Assembly (NCBI GenBank): GCA_964398655.1
Contig: CAYNNG010000001.1
Coordinates: 27,182-91,181, forward strand
Origin: an uncultured Oscillospiraceae bacterium
GTDB taxonomy: Bacteria; Bacillota; Clostridia; Saccharofermentanales; DTU023
DNA length: 64,000 nt
Direction of reading: 5' to 3'
Below are positions 45,416-53,819 of the stretch, piece by piece (positions within the stretch are counted from its first letter, which is position 1; the number at the start of each line of letters is the position of its first letter). The position numbers were made by a program, and so were the translations under genes. A model generated the notes under the pieces. The model saw only the letters and a program-made list of their open reading frames with translations, was not told where the DNA came from and did no database searches.

Positions 45416-46297
45416 TTAGGGAGTCGTGTTCGGCTCCCTTGTAAGGTCGGGCTCAGAATTTTCTGCGAGGCTTTCCTGGTCCGGGGCAGTTTCTTCACTG
45501 GCTAAACCCAGGCTAGATGGTCTAGTTTCCTCACTCGGCCTAGGTGGTCTGCCTGCGGTCAGCCAGGCCTGATAGTCTTCTAAAATCTTGCCCACCTCGG
45601 GGTAATCCGCTGCCCGCTGGTGCAGTTCCTCTTCCAGCCAGTCCAGCTTTTCGATGCGTTCAATCTCCAGGGCCTGGCCAGCTAAAATCTGGGGCCGCCA
45701 GTAGAAGAAAAAGATGAGGAGAATCAGGATACCTACCCCTACAGCTATGATAATCGTGTGGGCGGTTTTGCGTTTTTCTTGCGGGCTCTCAAAAATTAGG
45801 GAGGGCTGGTTGTGGATACTGTCGCTGGTTTCCTGGTCCAGGGATGGGGCCTTTTGCAGGATACTCTCCATGGCGATTTGCTTTTTAACCGGGGTTAAAG
45901 ATCTTTCCCGCCGGTGGAGCTTGGCATTTTCCCGCCGAATGGCTCCGGCTTCTCTTTGCGCCTCTCGCAATTCCTGTTCCAGCTGCTGTTTTTCTTCCGG
46001 CTCCATCTCCAAAAGATGAGCCCGGCCCAGATAGTCCTCCGCTTCCTCAAACTTGCCAGCTGCCCCCAGGAGGACACCGTAAAGGTGGTTGGCCTGGGGG
46101 AAAAGCGGATAGTCACGGCAAATTTGGGCCAGAGCGGACAGAGCTTGTTCCTCCTGGCCGGAAACATAGAGTTTTAAGGCCGCATTGTAGGAAGCCGCCA
46201 CCCGGTAGAGCTCGCCCGGGGGAGCAAAAAAGCTAAGGTCAGCCTCGGTGAGAGGCTGAAAGTAGTCTATACGCAGTTTCCAGTTAAACAGGCTCAT
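45416..46297 (-). CDS. TPR-like repeat protein with one central TM helix
   Basis: YNAALKLYVSGQEEQALSALAQI..ANHLYGVLLGAAGKFEEAEDYLGRA (TPR-like). TM helix HTIIIAVGVGILILLIFFFYW. Confidence 0.6.
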   Translation of the reverse strand: MSLFNWKLRIDYFQPLTEADLSFFAPPGELYRVAASYNAALKLYVSGQEEQALSALAQICRDYPLFPQANHLYGVLLGAAGKFEEAEDYLGRAHLLEMEPEEKQQLEQELREAQREAGAIRRENAKLHRRERSLTPVKKQIAMESILQKAPSLDQETSDSIHNQPSLIFESPQEKRKTAHTIIIAVGVGILILLIFFFYWRPQILAGQALEIERIEKLDWLEEELHQRAADYPEVGKILEDYQAWLTAGRPPRPSEETRPSSLGLASEETAPDQESLAENSEPDLTREPNTTP

Positions 46298-46320
46298 TAT
46301 TTCCTAGTTTATAGGCTGGT

Positions 46321-47775
46321 TTATTCGCCATCCAGGGCCTGGCCCCAGAGTTCACGCCGCAGGTAGGGGCGCAGGTTGCCGATGAGGTAAAGGGAGCCAA
46401 AAACGACCAGACCTTTGCCTTCTCGTTCGGCCTGGGCGAGAGCAGCCAGCAAGGTTTTTTCCATATCTGGACTATAGCAAATTTTTCGTGCCAGGTCTTG
46501 CTGGGCCAGTTTATCTGGGCTGTGCAGGGGCTCTTCCAAATTCCAAACCTGGTCATCTTCCCAGCCTAAAACTCCCTGGAGCTCGCTGGCTAAGGCATGA
46601 ACCTGCATGGTCCGGGGCACCGGGCATTCTGTGCAGTAAACGGTAGCAGGCGTCCGATTCTCGCCATTTAGGACCAAGGAAAGCATTTTGGCGTGTTCTT
46701 TGTCCGCCAGGATACCCACCATATAAATATGTTCTTCGTCATTAAAGTGGGCATGAATTTCCCGGGCCAGGGCAGCACAACCTTGGACATTGTGGGCGCC
46801 GTCGATCATGACCAGGGGGTCTTGCCGCATAATTTCCAGACGACCGGGCCAACGTGTGCGGGCCAGGCCTTCCGCAATCTGTTCGTCCGTAGCGAAGCTG
46901 CGGCAGGCCTTAATTGCCAGGCCGGCATTCATCTGCTGATAGTCCCCGCGCAGCTTGATACGCCAGAGGCGGTCTGAGCCAGCCAACTTAAAGCTTTGGC
47001 CCTGGCGGTCCACCTCATGGTCAGAAAACATGTTAGCAGACACCAGGGTCAGGGGGGATCCCAGGTCCTGGGCCTTGCGCTCTACTACCTCCAAGGCAGA
47101 GCCCCCCTCCTGGGAGGTCTCCTGGATATCTCTAGGATCATACAAAATAACCGGGCAGCCCTGTTTAATAATTCCGGCCTTTTCAACCGCAATTTCACCC
47201 AGGGTATTGCCCAGGCGGTCCATATGGTCGTAGCCCAAGGCCGTAATCACGGAAACTAGGGGCTGGGTCAAGACATTGGTTGAATCCAGGCGTCCGCCCA
47301 TACCAACTTCAATCACCGCCATATCAACTTTTTCTCGAGCATAGTAGAGATAGGCCACAGCAGTCAGCATCTCAAAGACAGTAGGGTGATCAAAGCCTTC
47401 CGTCAGCATCTGGTCAATGGATACCCGGATTTCGGTTAATAGGGCCGCAAAATCTTCTTCACTAATTTCGGGGCTGCGGAAGTGGTCTTCAAAGTCCGCC
47501 AGGCCTTGCCGGCCATCAATAATTCGGATGCGCTCGTTAAAGCGTTCCAGGTAGGGAGAGGTGAACCAACCCACCTTCTTATCCGCCACGGCGGCTACAT
47601 GGGCACAATAGGCAGACACCGAACCCTTGCCGTTGGTCCCTGCAATATGAACGCAGGGGTAGTTTTCCTGGGGATTGCCCAGAAGGTCTAGGAGTTTCGT
47701 AATGCGCTGCAGACCGGGACGGATGCCAAAATCATTGGCTTGGAAAAGATAGTCTAAAGCTTCTGGAAAATTCAT
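46321..47775 (-). CDS. folC: Bifunctional folylpolyglutamate synthase / dihydrofolate synthase
   Basis: VHIAGTNGKGSV..EVGMGGRLDSTNV..DGAHN. Confidence 0.92.
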   Translation of the reverse strand: MNFPEALDYLFQANDFGIRPGLQRITKLLDLLGNPQENYPCVHIAGTNGKGSVSAYCAHVAAVADKKVGWFTSPYLERFNERIRIIDGRQGLADFEDHFRSPEISEEDFAALLTEIRVSIDQMLTEGFDHPTVFEMLTAVAYLYYAREKVDMAVIEVGMGGRLDSTNVLTQPLVSVITALGYDHMDRLGNTLGEIAVEKAGIIKQGCPVILYDPRDIQETSQEGGSALEVVERKAQDLGSPLTLVSANMFSDHEVDRQGQSFKLAGSDRLWRIKLRGDYQQMNAGLAIKACRSFATDEQIAEGLARTRWPGRLEIMRQDPLVMIDGAHNVQGCAALAREIHAHFNDEEHIYMVGILADKEHAKMLSLVLNGENRTPATVYCTECPVPRTMQVHALASELQGVLGWEDDQVWNLEEPLHSPDKLAQQDLARKICYSPDMEKTLLAALAQAEREGKGLVVFGSLYLIGNLRPYLRRELWGQALDGE

Positions 47776-47856
47776 GTGCTTCTTAGCTCCAAACTGTTGA
47801 TATTAGGGTCTTAAAGTCTTGATCCTGGGGGGAAGGTCGGCTTTACCGAGCACAAG

Positions 47857-47882
47857 CTAAAAGCCCGCCTCACAGGGCGGCT
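47857..47882 (-). terminator. Rho-independent terminator of the autolysin-cohesin-gtrA operon
   Basis: AGCCCGCC (47862-69) pairs with GGGCGGCT (47875-82). The minus-strand hairpin is followed by TTTTAGCTT. Confidence 0.65.
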
Positions 47883-47924
47883 TCAAGCTCAGGCAAGAGA
47901 CTCTAGCCCCATATTGTAGCAGAT

Positions 47925-48419
47925 TTATTTTTCTTTCTTGCGGAATACCAGAAACTTACCTACCAGGTAGTTGGCCAGCACCACAAAAACTGCTCCGATC
48001 AGCTTAGCCCAGGGGACCCGGAAGAAGGGCACCTTGTCCTGGAAGTCCAAGACATTATAGAAGAGGGCAAAAAAGCCGTTATCAAAAATCAGAGAAATCA
48101 GGATGCGGGAGCTGAAAAAGCTTAAGAATTCCGGCCACAGGTGACCCGTAGAATGGAAGACAAAGCCGCGGTTAATCCAAAAGGCAAAGATAATGGAGAT
48201 TACGATAGCCAAGCTATTAAAGACAATATTTCTACCATTTTCGTAGCCAAAGGCCTCACCCAGGAGGGTGAGGACCACAAAATTAACCAGGGTCGTCAGG
48301 ACACCGGCAATGAGGTAACGGATAATTTCTGACTGCAGGAAGCGGGCGATCAAGCCCTTAAGCTTAGCGCTCAGGCCCTGCTGACCTTGCGGGTCTTCCC
48401 TGACTTCTGTCTCTGGCAT
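47925..48419 (-). CDS. GtrA family membrane protein
   Basis: IIRYLIAGVLTTLVNFVVLTLLGE..C-terminal VLANYLVGKFLVFRK. Start moved to ATG 48419, because the track ORF overlaps the upstream gene. Confidence 0.8.
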   Translation of the reverse strand: MPETEVREDPQGQQGLSAKLKGLIARFLQSEIIRYLIAGVLTTLVNFVVLTLLGEAFGYENGRNIVFNSLAIVISIIFAFWINRGFVFHSTGHLWPEFLSFFSSRILISLIFDNGFFALFYNVLDFQDKVPFFRVPWAKLIGAVFVVLANYLVGKFLVFRKKEK

Positions 48420-48436
48420 ATACCGACTCACCGCTC

Positions 48437-49612
48437 TTAGCCTAGGAGGTTGCGTTTGAGCGTATAAACCAAGACTGCTAAGGAAGAGAGCCCCACGATG
48501 GAGACCAAGAGGATCTTCCAACTATTGTCTGCGCTGCCACCTAAGAAAGAGCCCTGTTTGTTGGCTTGGGACTCACTGGCCTTGAGTTTAGCCAGGTCAT
48601 AGTACTTAAAACGCTGGGTATTCTCTTCATAGGTATAAAAGGCCGGGGCCGACTGCGACTTGAGGTAATAAAGGGTCAGCTGCTTGCTTTCTGACTTGGC
48701 GACGGGAATGTTAACCCCCATCATTTGCGCGGTATCACCTTTAAAGCCGGCCGGAATTTCTTCCAGCGGCAGGCCATTTTCTGGCACATAGAGTAATTCA
48801 CCAGTAACAGATTTCAGTTCAGATTCCGGTTTTGCCGCCTCGGAGGGCTCGGTCCGCTTAGGTTCTGGCACACTGGGTTTGCTCGGAGCTGTGGTGGCGG
48901 CGGGGGTAGTCTCTTCCTCGTTAAGCTTGCCGATCCCGTAGCCTTCAGGGTCCTGACCCTCTAGGCCTGCGGCCGGCTGCAACTGGTTGTCAGGATTATA
49001 AGGTTCTTCAATGCCGGGAGCTGGGGGTTCTTGCGGCAGGTCACCCGGAGGCAGAGGATCATTGGATAAGGGCTGGTCCACAATATCTGTAATCTGGAAG
49101 TCCAGGTTTTCGCTGGTGGCGTCTACTTTAGTGCCATCTGACAGCTGGACATAGGAGGGCTGCTGAGACGAGTCAAACTTAAATGAGGTCGGGCCGATGG
49201 CCGCGTCCGCCTTGGCGGTAAATTCTAGCTCGGCAATCACGTCGCCCGGAGCAGCGTAAGGAATACCCATGGCCAGGAGGGCGATGATTCCATTTTTATC
49301 CTGCATTTCAAAAATATTCAGGGAATCGGCTGGCGAGGCTACCTCACCGCCCAAGGTACCCAGGAAGCTGGAATTGCCCTTGACAAAGTTAAAGTTGTCC
49401 ACCGGATATTTTACATAAACTTGGACCAGGTTAACTCCGACCGCGGCGCCGGTAGCAAAGATCTGCACCTTGAAGCTCTGGCCTCTCTGGACGGCGTCTG
49501 GTGAAGTCATACCAACCACTGCGGTCGCCAGGACCGGTTGGGATAAGAAAAGGCATATACACAAAAAGAGCAAGAGAAGTTTACTTCCCCTAGAGTCTGT
49601 GCTTCTACTCAT
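48437..49612 (-). CDS. Secreted, C-terminally membrane-anchored protein with a cohesin-like N-terminal domain
   Basis: Start placed at ATG 49612 behind GGAGA. Signal peptide KLLLLFLCICLFLSQPVLA. A ~150-aa beta-rich segment (GQSFKVQIFATGAAVGVNLVQVYVKYPVDNFNFVKG..VIAELEFTAKADAAIGPTSFKF) resembles cohesin modules. A P-rich linker and the TM helix ILLVSIVGLSSLAVLVYTL follow. Confidence 0.5.
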   Translation of the reverse strand: MSRSTDSRGSKLLLLFLCICLFLSQPVLATAVVGMTSPDAVQRGQSFKVQIFATGAAVGVNLVQVYVKYPVDNFNFVKGNSSFLGTLGGEVASPADSLNIFEMQDKNGIIALLAMGIPYAAPGDVIAELEFTAKADAAIGPTSFKFDSSQQPSYVQLSDGTKVDATSENLDFQITDIVDQPLSNDPLPPGDLPQEPPAPGIEEPYNPDNQLQPAAGLEGQDPEGYGIGKLNEEETTPAATTAPSKPSVPEPKRTEPSEAAKPESELKSVTGELLYVPENGLPLEEIPAGFKGDTAQMMGVNIPVAKSESKQLTLYYLKSQSAPAFYTYEENTQRFKYYDLAKLKASESQANKQGSFLGGSADNSWKILLVSIVGLSSLAVLVYTLKRNLLG

Positions 49613-49688
49613 GTCATCATCTCCAATCTGTGGGATTATATGAGGGATTTTAGGAGGAAAATCTCGCAGCAAAAGCTGGCAGCCTCGC

Positions 49689-51800
49689 CTATTCCACTAG
49701 GGTTTGGGCAATCGGCGCAACCTGAATTACATGGTTTTTCAGGGCCCAGAGGTCCAGCATATTTACGAGGCCATCCTGGTTAATATCCATAGCCAGGTCA
49801 TAAGCCGTATCCACGTTGATCTCCCCGCGGATAATGCGGTCACGCATGGCCTGGAAGTCGCTGAGGTCGATATAACCGTCGCCATTGGCATCGCCTAAAA
49901 TAACCAGGGGAAACTGGTTGACCGCCTGGCCATTTTCTCTCAATTGAAGAAGAGAGCCTGTACCGGCTCTTTCTATAGCATTCTGTCCGTCAGCTGCCAG
50001 TACTTCTATGTTATAACTAGGCGGTAAATTGCTGTACTGGCCTTTGAGATAGCTTGCAGCGTTGCTCCCCTGCAAGGGGTCTGCCCCGTAAAGATAGCCC
50101 AGGGAGGAAATCTGATAGCTGGAGGAGGAAATCTTGGGCAGGCCCTCCGCATCTACGTTGGCTGTGAGGGGGCTTTGTTCCACATAAAGCCGGTAGTTGC
50201 GGCTGACCCCGTTATTCGCGACCACCTGTAAAATAATTTCGTTGGGACCGGGCCTTAACTGGTAGACCCCCATGCCCGCCACCGTGGAATCCGGGCTCCA
50301 AGGCAGGGCATCCACTGCCAGGCCCCGGCTGGCCGCGGAGATTTCTAGCTTATACTCATAGCGTTCGGGACGAAAGTTGGGAATCACCTGGCCATTGACC
50401 CGGATAGCCTTCAGCCAGTTGTTGGGATTGCCCCCGCCGGTAGGTGAAGGTGTAAGCTCTGGCATATCCAGGAAAACTGGGATCAGGAACTCTTTACTTT
50501 CCTGTAGGGCTCCCATCTCCAGGTAGGCATTATAGACATTGATCGCCTCATACTCCGGAGCCAAAACATTGCCCATGTATTGGTGGGTAAAGGGCCGAGT
50601 ATAGCGCGAGACCAAGTTCCACTTCTGCAAGTAGAGGGTATGCTGGTCTACCTTAATGTAGTCTTTGCCGATAAAAATCGCCCCGCCCTTGATGGCCTTG
50701 GCAGGATCTGTCCAAGGGAAGAGCATTTCCGCATTCTTATAGTCTGGATATCCCGCGATGCCGTCGCGGGCCGTCACCAGGCCCATGTAGAGGGGGTCTC
50801 CCCCACCCGTGGCCCCGATATTGTAGAAGTTATAATAGCCCCGCACATCTTCGGAATAGTCTCCGGACACGGAATGTGAGCCATCTGGTCCCACCTCTTG
50901 GATAATACGGGACAGAAGATGGTAGGGTGAAACCCCAGACACTTGACCGGCTTCTTCCAGCAGGCTGGCATAGTCCGTATCAAGACTGCGGCTTTGGCCC
51001 TCTTGGTCCAGGTACGGGATAGGCGAAGCTGCCATAAAGGTATTATTAATTACAGACACCAGACCATGCCGGTAGGCCAGGTCGGGATTATAACGCTGAC
51101 TTTCAAATTGGAAAATCTGCACCTCGTCCAAAAAGTTGCGGGGATCCATCTGGAAGGCAATGAGCTCGGCTGAAGCCCCTACCCAGCCCTGTTCGTATTC
51201 CCGCCAGGAGTTGGTGTAGTAGTTAAAATCCGCATCCGCCTTAGACTTGTACTCGGGGGGAGAGTTGGCAATTACCAGGTTAACCCCTGGCCGGTACTCG
51301 CCCTTGACGGCGCGGTCAAAGGTATAGTTGGTATGCAGAGGAGAGAAAGTCCATTGGGGGTAGGCGGCGTGCAGCTCCATGAGGGGACCGATATAGGATT
51401 CCGGGAAACCTTTAGCTACCAGGTCCTGCCGAAATTCCTCGCTGCCCAGGCCCGGCATCACGGGCGGGAGCTCAAGCTCATATTGAATACGGATAAAGGC
51501 AGACGAGACATAGCCATGCATATTGTTATACATGATCTCGTACCAGGTGCTGTTGCCTCCGACATCCTCGCCTGGAACCTCACCCAAGACAGTCACTTCC
51601 ACCCCTTTTTTCAGTTCTCTGAGGGGCTCGCGGGAAGTATCTGGGTCCCGGCGCATATAACTGGAAGGGTCTGCCGTCACAAATCCTGATACAGGGTAGA
51701 CAGGCTCTGCCTCCTGGTCTTCGTGGAAAAATACCAGAACCTCCACCAAGAGGAGGAGGATTAAAATTGCTCCGAGGAGGGTCTTACCTCTATGCTTCAC
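49689..51800 (-). CDS. Peptidoglycan hydrolase: SH3b-like + GH73 N-acetylglucosaminidase + cadherin-like beta-sandwich + C-terminal dockerin
   Basis: GH73-type blocks: SPYHLLSRIIQEVG, YYNFYNIGATGG, DQHTLYLQKWNL, THQYMGN. Cadherin-like: NWLKAIRVNGQVIPNFRPERYEY. Dockerin repeats: GDANGDGYIDLSDFQAMRDRII and MDINQDGLVNMLDLWALKNHVI. N-terminal signal-anchor helix. Confidence 0.8.
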   Translation of the reverse strand: MKHRGKTLLGAILILLLLVEVLVFFHEDQEAEPVYPVSGFVTADPSSYMRRDPDTSREPLRELKKGVEVTVLGEVPGEDVGGNSTWYEIMYNNMHGYVSSAFIRIQYELELPPVMPGLGSEEFRQDLVAKGFPESYIGPLMELHAAYPQWTFSPLHTNYTFDRAVKGEYRPGVNLVIANSPPEYKSKADADFNYYTNSWREYEQGWVGASAELIAFQMDPRNFLDEVQIFQFESQRYNPDLAYRHGLVSVINNTFMAASPIPYLDQEGQSRSLDTDYASLLEEAGQVSGVSPYHLLSRIIQEVGPDGSHSVSGDYSEDVRGYYNFYNIGATGGGDPLYMGLVTARDGIAGYPDYKNAEMLFPWTDPAKAIKGGAIFIGKDYIKVDQHTLYLQKWNLVSRYTRPFTHQYMGNVLAPEYEAINVYNAYLEMGALQESKEFLIPVFLDMPELTPSPTGGGNPNNWLKAIRVNGQVIPNFRPERYEYKLEISAASRGLAVDALPWSPDSTVAGMGVYQLRPGPNEIILQVVANNGVSRNYRLYVEQSPLTANVDAEGLPKISSSSYQISSLGYLYGADPLQGSNAASYLKGQYSNLPPSYNIEVLAADGQNAIERAGTGSLLQLRENGQAVNQFPLVILGDANGDGYIDLSDFQAMRDRIIRGEINVDTAYDLAMDINQDGLVNMLDLWALKNHVIQVAPIAQTLVE

Positions 51801-51860
51801 GTTAATTCTCCTATCTCACGGCCAATCAGACTTGACCCAATACCGGCCAAGCCTAATTTA

Positions 51861-51886
51861 GCTAGAATGACTGAAGCTATTCTAGC
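51861..51886. promoter_or_regulatory. Inverted repeat overlapping a candidate -10 element upstream of the autolysin operon
   Basis: GCTAGAAT (51861-68) and ATTCTAGC (51879-86) form a perfect 8-bp inverted repeat with a 10-nt spacer. On the minus strand it reads TGcTAGAAT (extended -10-like), about 60 nt upstream of the start codon. Confidence 0.35.
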
Positions 51887-51992
51887 ATTTGCCAGGTGGA
51901 GAAAAGCGGGCAAAGGCCTGCTAAGCCCCTGTTTTAGGTCATTTGTTGGAAAGTTTTAGGACTCCCGTAACCTAATAGCAATAATAGCCTGG

Positions 51993-52610
51993 CTAGGCGC
52001 GTCCTTCGCGCAGCTCATCCAAGGTGCGGCCAAAATCTTCCAGACAGTTGTCCAAAAACCATTTGACCTCCGGGAGGTCATAGGACAAGAGTTTCTCGCG
52101 GGTTGACTTTGCGGCATCCTGGAATTCATGGTTGCCGATTGCTAGTTCGTCCAAGCATTTGAGATAGGCCGACAAGGTATCCGCCGCCTTCACCAAGGGC
52201 TTGGCCAGGGCAAAGTCCTCTGCTTGCTCACCTGCGGCCTCTTGGTAGAGATAGGCCTGGTAATCTTCCCGAATCTCCCCCGGGATACCCTGGACCATGA
52301 GGTCTAAGGCCTCCGCTTCCACCTCCTTAAAGGACCGGTGGATCTGGTCATTAAAGTACTTAATTGGGGTAGGAAGGTCGCCCGTAATAATCTCGGAAAC
52401 GTCGTGGTAGAGGGCCAGCATCACGCAGGTTTCCGGCCGGGGCGCGGGCAAGCCGGGGAAATAAGATCTGCGGATCAGGGCCAGAGCATGGGCAAAATAT
52501 GCCACCTCCAGGGTATGCTCCTGCAGGTTTTCTGTCTGCGAATTGCGCATGAGCGACCAGCGCTCAATATAGCGCATGCGGTGGAGCATAGCATAAAAAT
52601 AATTTTCCAT
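51993..52610 (-). CDS. yfbR: HD-domain 5'-deoxynucleotidase (YfbR-like)
   Basis: MENYFYAMLHRMRYIERWSLMRNSQTENLQEHTLEVA..YHDVSEIITGDLPTP. Start moved to ATG 52610 to clear the upstream dgt stop. Confidence 0.85.
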   Translation of the reverse strand: MENYFYAMLHRMRYIERWSLMRNSQTENLQEHTLEVAYFAHALALIRRSYFPGLPAPRPETCVMLALYHDVSEIITGDLPTPIKYFNDQIHRSFKEVEAEALDLMVQGIPGEIREDYQAYLYQEAAGEQAEDFALAKPLVKAADTLSAYLKCLDELAIGNHEFQDAAKSTREKLLSYDLPEVKWFLDNCLEDFGRTLDELREGRA

Positions 52611-52651
52611 AAACTGATCCTTCCCCTCACTCACGGGCCACGTGACTTTAC

Positions 52652-53797
52652 TTAAATCTGGTAGAGACTCTTGAAGCTCTCCGAGGCATAGACATCCGTC
52701 ATCCCGGCAAGATAGTCGCAAATAATCCTCTCCCGACTGGCCTGGGACTCGGGATGTCCCGCGGCAAACTTGGCCAGGTTGGCCAGGACTGGGGTGGGCG
52801 ACTGGGCCAGGGCTTCGGGGTCCTCTAAGCCCTGCTTGAAGGCTTCATAAAGTCCGTCAACAATCTGGCGGGCAATAAATTCATAACGGCGGACCTTGGC
52901 GGAGGCATAAATCCGGTGGGAGTTGAGCTGCAGGAGCTCGCTCATGGCCTGGGCAGGCTCGGGCGAGAGCTTAATCGCGTCCTGACCCTGGCTGGTCCGG
53001 ATAATATCCGTTACCAGGTTGTTCACGATATCCCGGTTGCTGGAGCCCAGGGTTTTCTTCAAATCCCTGGGTATATCTTCAAAGTCCATGAGGCCAGCCC
53101 GGGCCGCGTCTTCAATGTCCCGGCCCAGATAGGCAATCCGGTCGGCAATGCGTACGACACAGCCCTCCAGGCTGGCGGGCAGAGCATGGCTTTCTGCGCC
53201 GGGATAGAGGTCTGCTTCGCTTTTTTCCCGGTTGGCGTGGAGCTCGGTTTCCAGGTAGCGTTCCCCGCAATGAGAAACTATACCGTCACGGACCTCAAAG
53301 CTGAGATTAAGGCCTTGGCGCTTACCACGGTGTTCCGCCAGGACGTCAATGACTCTGAGGCTGTGAACTTCGTGCTTAAATTGAAAGCCTGCGCCCTCTC
53401 GCCTCAGGATGGCATTGAGCTCTGCCTCGCCGGAGTGGCCGAAGGGGGCATGGCCCAGGTCATGGCCCAGGGCAATGGCTTCAATCAGGTCCTCGTTGAG
53501 CCGCAGGGCCTTACCTATGGTCCGGGCAATATAGGATACATAAATTACATGTTCCATGCGGGTACAGACATGGTCGGACCGGGGATTAAAGAAGACCTGA
53601 GTTTTGTGGCGGAGGCGGCGGAAGTCCAGGCTGTAGATAATGCGGCCAATATCTCTTTCGTAGGCTGTCCGGGTGGCACACTGGGCTTCGGGCTTGCGCC
53701 TACCGCGGGACCGGGCCGCGGGTACAGCATAGGGACTTAGGCGTTCCAATTCTTCCACTTCTTTGAGTTCCCGAATATTTGCTGTTGGGTCTAGCAT
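52652..53797 (-). CDS. dgt: dGTP triphosphohydrolase-like HD-domain protein
   Basis: YERDIGRIIYSLDFRRLRHKTQVF..TRMEHVIYVSYIAR..LGHDLGHAPFGHSGE. Confidence 0.88.
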   Translation of the reverse strand: MLDPTANIRELKEVEELERLSPYAVPAARSRGRRKPEAQCATRTAYERDIGRIIYSLDFRRLRHKTQVFFNPRSDHVCTRMEHVIYVSYIARTIGKALRLNEDLIEAIALGHDLGHAPFGHSGEAELNAILRREGAGFQFKHEVHSLRVIDVLAEHRGKRQGLNLSFEVRDGIVSHCGERYLETELHANREKSEADLYPGAESHALPASLEGCVVRIADRIAYLGRDIEDAARAGLMDFEDIPRDLKKTLGSSNRDIVNNLVTDIIRTSQGQDAIKLSPEPAQAMSELLQLNSHRIYASAKVRRYEFIARQIVDGLYEAFKQGLEDPEALAQSPTPVLANLAKFAAGHPESQASRERIICDYLAGMTDVYASESFKSLYQI

Positions 53798-53819
53798 ACC
53801 GCCACCGCCTTTCCACTAC

